A stretch of DNA of 64,000 nucleotides from an uncultured archaeon. Lineage in GTDB: Archaea; EX4484-52; JAADEF01. The stretch spans positions 15,732-79,731 of the forward strand of contig CAYOWP010000003.1 in assembly GCA_964407715.1 (NCBI GenBank). Reading direction: 5' to 3'. Positions 60,918 to 64,000 of this stretch are shown here, piece after piece. The position numbers were made by a program, and so were the translations under genes. Within the stretch, counting starts at the first letter, position 1. Each line of letters begins with the position of its first letter. The notes beneath the pieces were generated by a model. That model was not told the origin of the DNA, did not search any database, and was given only the letters and a program-made list of their open reading frames with translations.

Positions 60918-61751
60918 ATGATAAAATATTTTAAAAGTGAAAAATACATCTTTATTATGTTGAGAGAGAATTCGTGGAAGTATAAGAAGAAATTCAAAGA
61001 TTTTGAGATCACATCTTATGGAGCTCTCTTTTTTAAAGAAAAAAGAAAAAAATATTTAGTTGTTGGGGATCTCCATTTAGGTCTTGAGGAGGCATTGCGG
61101 TTGAGCGGAATTGCAATACCAAAAAAACAAATTTTAAACATCAAAAAAGCCATTTCATCTTTAGCAAAGTTGTATGGTTATGATATCACCATAATCTTTA
61201 ATGGTGATATAAAACATGAATTTGGTGGATTAACCTATGAAGAGAAAAAGGATATAGAGAGCTTAATCTCCTATATCCTCGAAAGATTTGAGGATCTCAT
61301 TGCAATAAAAGGAAATCATGATAATTTTGTCATCCAATTGCTAAAAAGAAAAGGAATAGAGCTAATTGATTATTTTGAAACAAAAAAGTTTCACATTGAG
61401 CATGGACATAAAGAAATGGATCTCAAAAATATTAACAAGCATATTGTTATATCACATGAGCATCCTGCAATAACATTGAGAGATGATGTCGGTGCATCCA
61501 TGAAAATAGATTGTTATCTTATCCATAAAGATATTCATGATAGATATATAGTTGTCTTACCCTCATTTAGCGCATATTCTTCAGGATTAGATATATTAAG
61601 AATCTCAAATAGCGACATTGACACAAACATAATCAGAGAAATAGGTTTAGAGAAATTTGAGATTTATGGCATAAATAAATATGACAACGAAATTCTATAT
61701 TTTGGTAAAGTTAAGGAATTAAAAAATATCATAAATGAGATTATAAGATAG
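60918..61751 (+). CDS. Calcineurin-like metallophosphoesterase. The likely true start is Met14 at 60957
   Basis: VVGDLHLG, GNHD and HGH motifs. The listed ORF start lies only 15 bp from the MITE end, whereas a TATA-like gataaaatatttt lies upstream of Met14. Confidence 0.75.
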   Translation: MIKYFKSEKYIFIMLRENSWKYKKKFKDFEITSYGALFFKEKRKKYLVVGDLHLGLEEALRLSGIAIPKKQILNIKKAISSLAKLYGYDITIIFNGDIKHEFGGLTYEEKKDIESLISYILERFEDLIAIKGNHDNFVIQLLKRKGIELIDYFETKKFHIEHGHKEMDLKNINKHIVISHEHPAITLRDDVGASMKIDCYLIHKDIHDRYIVVLPSFSAYSSGLDILRISNSDIDTNIIREIGLEKFEIYGINKYDNEILYFGKVKELKNIINEIIR

Positions 61752-62868
61752 ATTTAAGCACCTCTACCAACTCGCTATGAGGTATATTCGTCACTATAGC
61801 ATTTCCTTTAATATGTGACTTTGCAATAGCATATCCCTTAGATTCTATCTTCTCCTTAATCCTCTTTATGGATGGCAATGGAATCTTATATGCCTTACCT
61901 ATTGAGGGTAAATCATAATAAAAACCATCCTTGATTGAGTATTCTTCTTTTAATCTTTCTAATATCTTAATAGTTTCCTGTGAATATATCCTGCTATGCT
62001 GCTTCGCCTTTTCTATCATCTTCTCAATAAACTTACTCTCCCCAAGATTCTCTGCCCATATTAATCCAACACTTCTATATTTTTCCTCATGCCTATTATA
62101 TGAATAAAACTTCTCTTGCTTCTCATTAAAATGTAAAAACTTGAGTTTTTTTATGTTGTCTTCTGCAGATGATTTATGTTTATCTATCTTAACAATCACC
62201 CTCACATAATGCTTATGAGATATACTCACTAATGGAATAATTCCCTTATCAAATTTAGCAAAACTTTCTGCTATACTTTTTAATGCAACCCTTAGAGCAA
62301 TCTCCCCCTTAGGAGTATATTTTTTATCATGCCAAACACCATACCTCCTTAAAGCAGTGCGGGGATAAGTACCTGAGAGAACTGCCGTATCAGTAAATGT
62401 AACCATTGCTAACCCTTTATTTGATACACATCTACCCAACGCCTCTAAATAGTATGCAGGAGAACCAAAAGGATCAAGATCAACAACATCTCCTTCAAAC
62501 CTGTAGATGTGCATAAGAGCACCAGCATCCTCATTATATATCTTTATTTTTACTCTTTTTTGGAGATGATTGAGATCAACATTCTCTTTTAATATCTCTA
62601 TGGAATCTGGATTAAGGTCATTAAAAACAACTTCCCTCACCTTTGAGCATTCTATAGCATATCTAATTCCCCTAATACCGCTTGATGCCATCACATCAAG
62701 AACCATTACATCTCTTCCAGTTTCCTCAGTAAATACCTGCACTGCAAGAGAACTTATATCGCGATTTACTCTCATTTGCGGATTATAGAATACCTTGTCA
62801 GATTTCTTTATTTCTCCAGGAAAAATGTATATCTCTGCTGAGCCTTCTCTCACCTTTGTTTTTACCAT
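61741..62868 (-). CDS. trm1: tRNA (guanine26-N2)-dimethyltransferase Trm1
   Basis: FYNPQMRVNRDIS and a class I methyltransferase core; 375 aa. Confidence 0.85.
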   Translation of the reverse strand: MVKTKVREGSAEIYIFPGEIKKSDKVFYNPQMRVNRDISSLAVQVFTEETGRDVMVLDVMASSGIRGIRYAIECSKVREVVFNDLNPDSIEILKENVDLNHLQKRVKIKIYNEDAGALMHIYRFEGDVVDLDPFGSPAYYLEALGRCVSNKGLAMVTFTDTAVLSGTYPRTALRRYGVWHDKKYTPKGEIALRVALKSIAESFAKFDKGIIPLVSISHKHYVRVIVKIDKHKSSAEDNIKKLKFLHFNEKQEKFYSYNRHEEKYRSVGLIWAENLGESKFIEKMIEKAKQHSRIYSQETIKILERLKEEYSIKDGFYYDLPSIGKAYKIPLPSIKRIKEKIESKGYAIAKSHIKGNAIVTNIPHSELVEVLKSIL

Positions 62869-62903
62869 AATTAGTGATATAAAAAAGGAATTTTTAAATC
62901 ATT

Positions 62904-64000
62904 TCATCTTTTTTTGATAATTAAACCATAATGCAACTCTTTGAGCGGATATGGAGCTATTCTAACCTTTACATTTTTTTCTCCAGGATGGGCTATAGTT
63001 TGAGTTTTATTTTTTCTAAGAATCTCCATAATTTTTCCACGATACTCATCTTTCGGGGTAATAATTTCTACATTATCACCTACAGAGATTTGATTCTTAA
63101 TATCACAAATCATGATCCCTTCTTCTTTATTATATTCCTTTATTTTCCCAACATATAAATGAGTTTGTTGTGAAGATGTTGTGTTATAATTCTGAAGTTC
63201 TTTTTCACAAGTAGTTATGGGCATGTCTATAAAAGATGTTATGAATCCTCTATTAGATGCCTTTTTCAATTCCTCTAAAAGCTCTAAATATGGTATCTCC
63301 TTTCCTTCCTTTAACAAATCCAATGCCTTCCTATAAACCTTCGTAACAAGTGAAACATAATATTCTGTTTTATTTCTTCCTTCTATCTTAAAAGATACAA
63401 TACCGGCATCTGCCAATTCCTTTATATGCTCTATCAAACATAAATCCTTAGAGTTTAAGATATATGTGCCATGTTCATCTTCCTCCATAGGTAAAACCAC
63501 TCCCGTCTCTATCTCTTCCAAATATACTCTATACTTCCATCTGCATGGCTGTGAGCATACGCCGAGGTTTGGATTTCGTTTGGATAAATATGCTGAAAGC
63601 AAACATCTCCCAGAGTATGCCACGCATATACTTCCATGAACAAAAAATTCCAATTCCAAATTAGGCACATAGTTATGAATTTCCTTAATCTCCTCAATAC
63701 TTAACTCGCGAGCAAGAATTATGCGTTTTACCCCTTGTTTATACCAATATTTTGCAGCAAATTTATTGGTCACATTAGCTTGGACAGAGAGATGTATTGG
63801 AATGTCAAAGTTATCTTTGACTATCATGAAGATACCTGGATCAGAGATTATAAATGCATCTGGTTCATAAGAGTATAGGATATCCAACTTTTCCAAGAGT
63901 TGATGCTCATCATATCCACGCGGATATATATTAGCGGTGATATATACTTTGTTGTTCCTATCATGCGCATATTTGATTGCCTTTCCAATGTTTTCCAATG
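62904..64000 (-). CDS. Peptidase U32 family protein. The N-terminus is truncated by the window edge; the listed ORF begins at an in-frame TTG
   Basis: KAIKYAHDRNNKVYITANIYPRG...; FFVHGSICVAYSGRCLLSAY...CSQPCRW is the U32 Cys-rich signature. Confidence 0.75.
   Translation of the reverse strand, partial: LENIGKAIKYAHDRNNKVYITANIYPRGYDEHQLLEKLDILYSYEPDAFIISDPGIFMIVKDNFDIPIHLSVQANVTNKFAAKYWYKQGVKRIILARELSIEEIKEIHNYVPNLELEFFVHGSICVAYSGRCLLSAYLSKRNPNLGVCSQPCRWKYRVYLEEIETGVVLPMEEDEHGTYILNSKDLCLIEHIKELADAGIVSFKIEGRNKTEYYVSLVTKVYRKALDLLKEGKEIPYLELLEELKKASNRGFITSFIDMPITTCEKELQNYNTTSSQQTHLYVGKIKEYNKEEGIMICDIKNQISVGDNVEIITPKDEYRGKIMEILRKNKTQTIAHPGEKNVKVRIAPYPLKELHYGLIIKKR

Noticed and set aside
1-64000. 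Prophage, integrase, toxin-antitoxin, restriction-modification or other named defence systems
   Set aside because: No integrase, recombinase, terminase, capsid, methyltransferase/REase pair, Cas, Argonaute, or NTPase/nuclease defence signature was recognised. The only nuclease-like candidate is the PLD-like protein, which is reported separately.

Overview
This window is an AT-rich (about 30% GC) archaeal chromosomal segment that is dense in information-processing genes. A minus-strand ribosomal cluster runs rpl18-rps5-rpl30-rpl15-secY-(DUF106/YidC-like)-rpl34e-rpl14e, followed by tuf-rps10, a proteasome beta subunit and aCPSF1/FttA. Other recognisable genes are pyrH, gdhA, pth2, the PolD small subunit, eS26, the RFC small subunit, rpl40e, dph5, rio1 plus a KH protein, ATP-dependent DNA ligase, trm1, treT, two GT4 glycosyltransferases, a CcdA/thioredoxin pair, an M42 peptidase, an IMPase-family protein and a U32 peptidase that is cut by the window edge. 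Two tRNA genes are present: tRNA-Cys(GCA) on the minus strand and tRNA-Ser(GCU) on the plus strand. Many genes encode secreted or surface proteins: a giant N-glycosylation-rich protein running off the left edge, a beta-helix protein, proteins with internal Cys-containing repeats, tandem paralogous surface proteins and proteins with several Ig-like modules. The most striking feature is not a gene. About 10% of the window is intergenic repeat DNA of two related families. Family B is a BIME/REP-like array of alternating-orientation palindromic modules built on GGTTAACGGGAA and GCAGCTAACC cores, found in at least eight clusters. Family A is a TIR-bounded MITE (TIR GGCATTGTCCAATAATT, 150-260 bp, at least eight copies) with clear 8-11 bp target-site duplications. 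Family A copies sit 3 nt downstream of tRNA-Ser, 46 bp from tRNA-Cys, and 1-50 bp upstream of several start codons. No transposase or RAYT gene lies in the window. A small cassette (a 404-aa orphan, a single-HKD PLD-like membrane protein and a polytopic membrane protein) is bracketed by repeat arrays that share near-identical units in direct orientation. Two tandem ~58-nt C/D-box-like sRNA candidates lie upstream of rio1. All product calls are from motif recognition by eye; no database search was possible.
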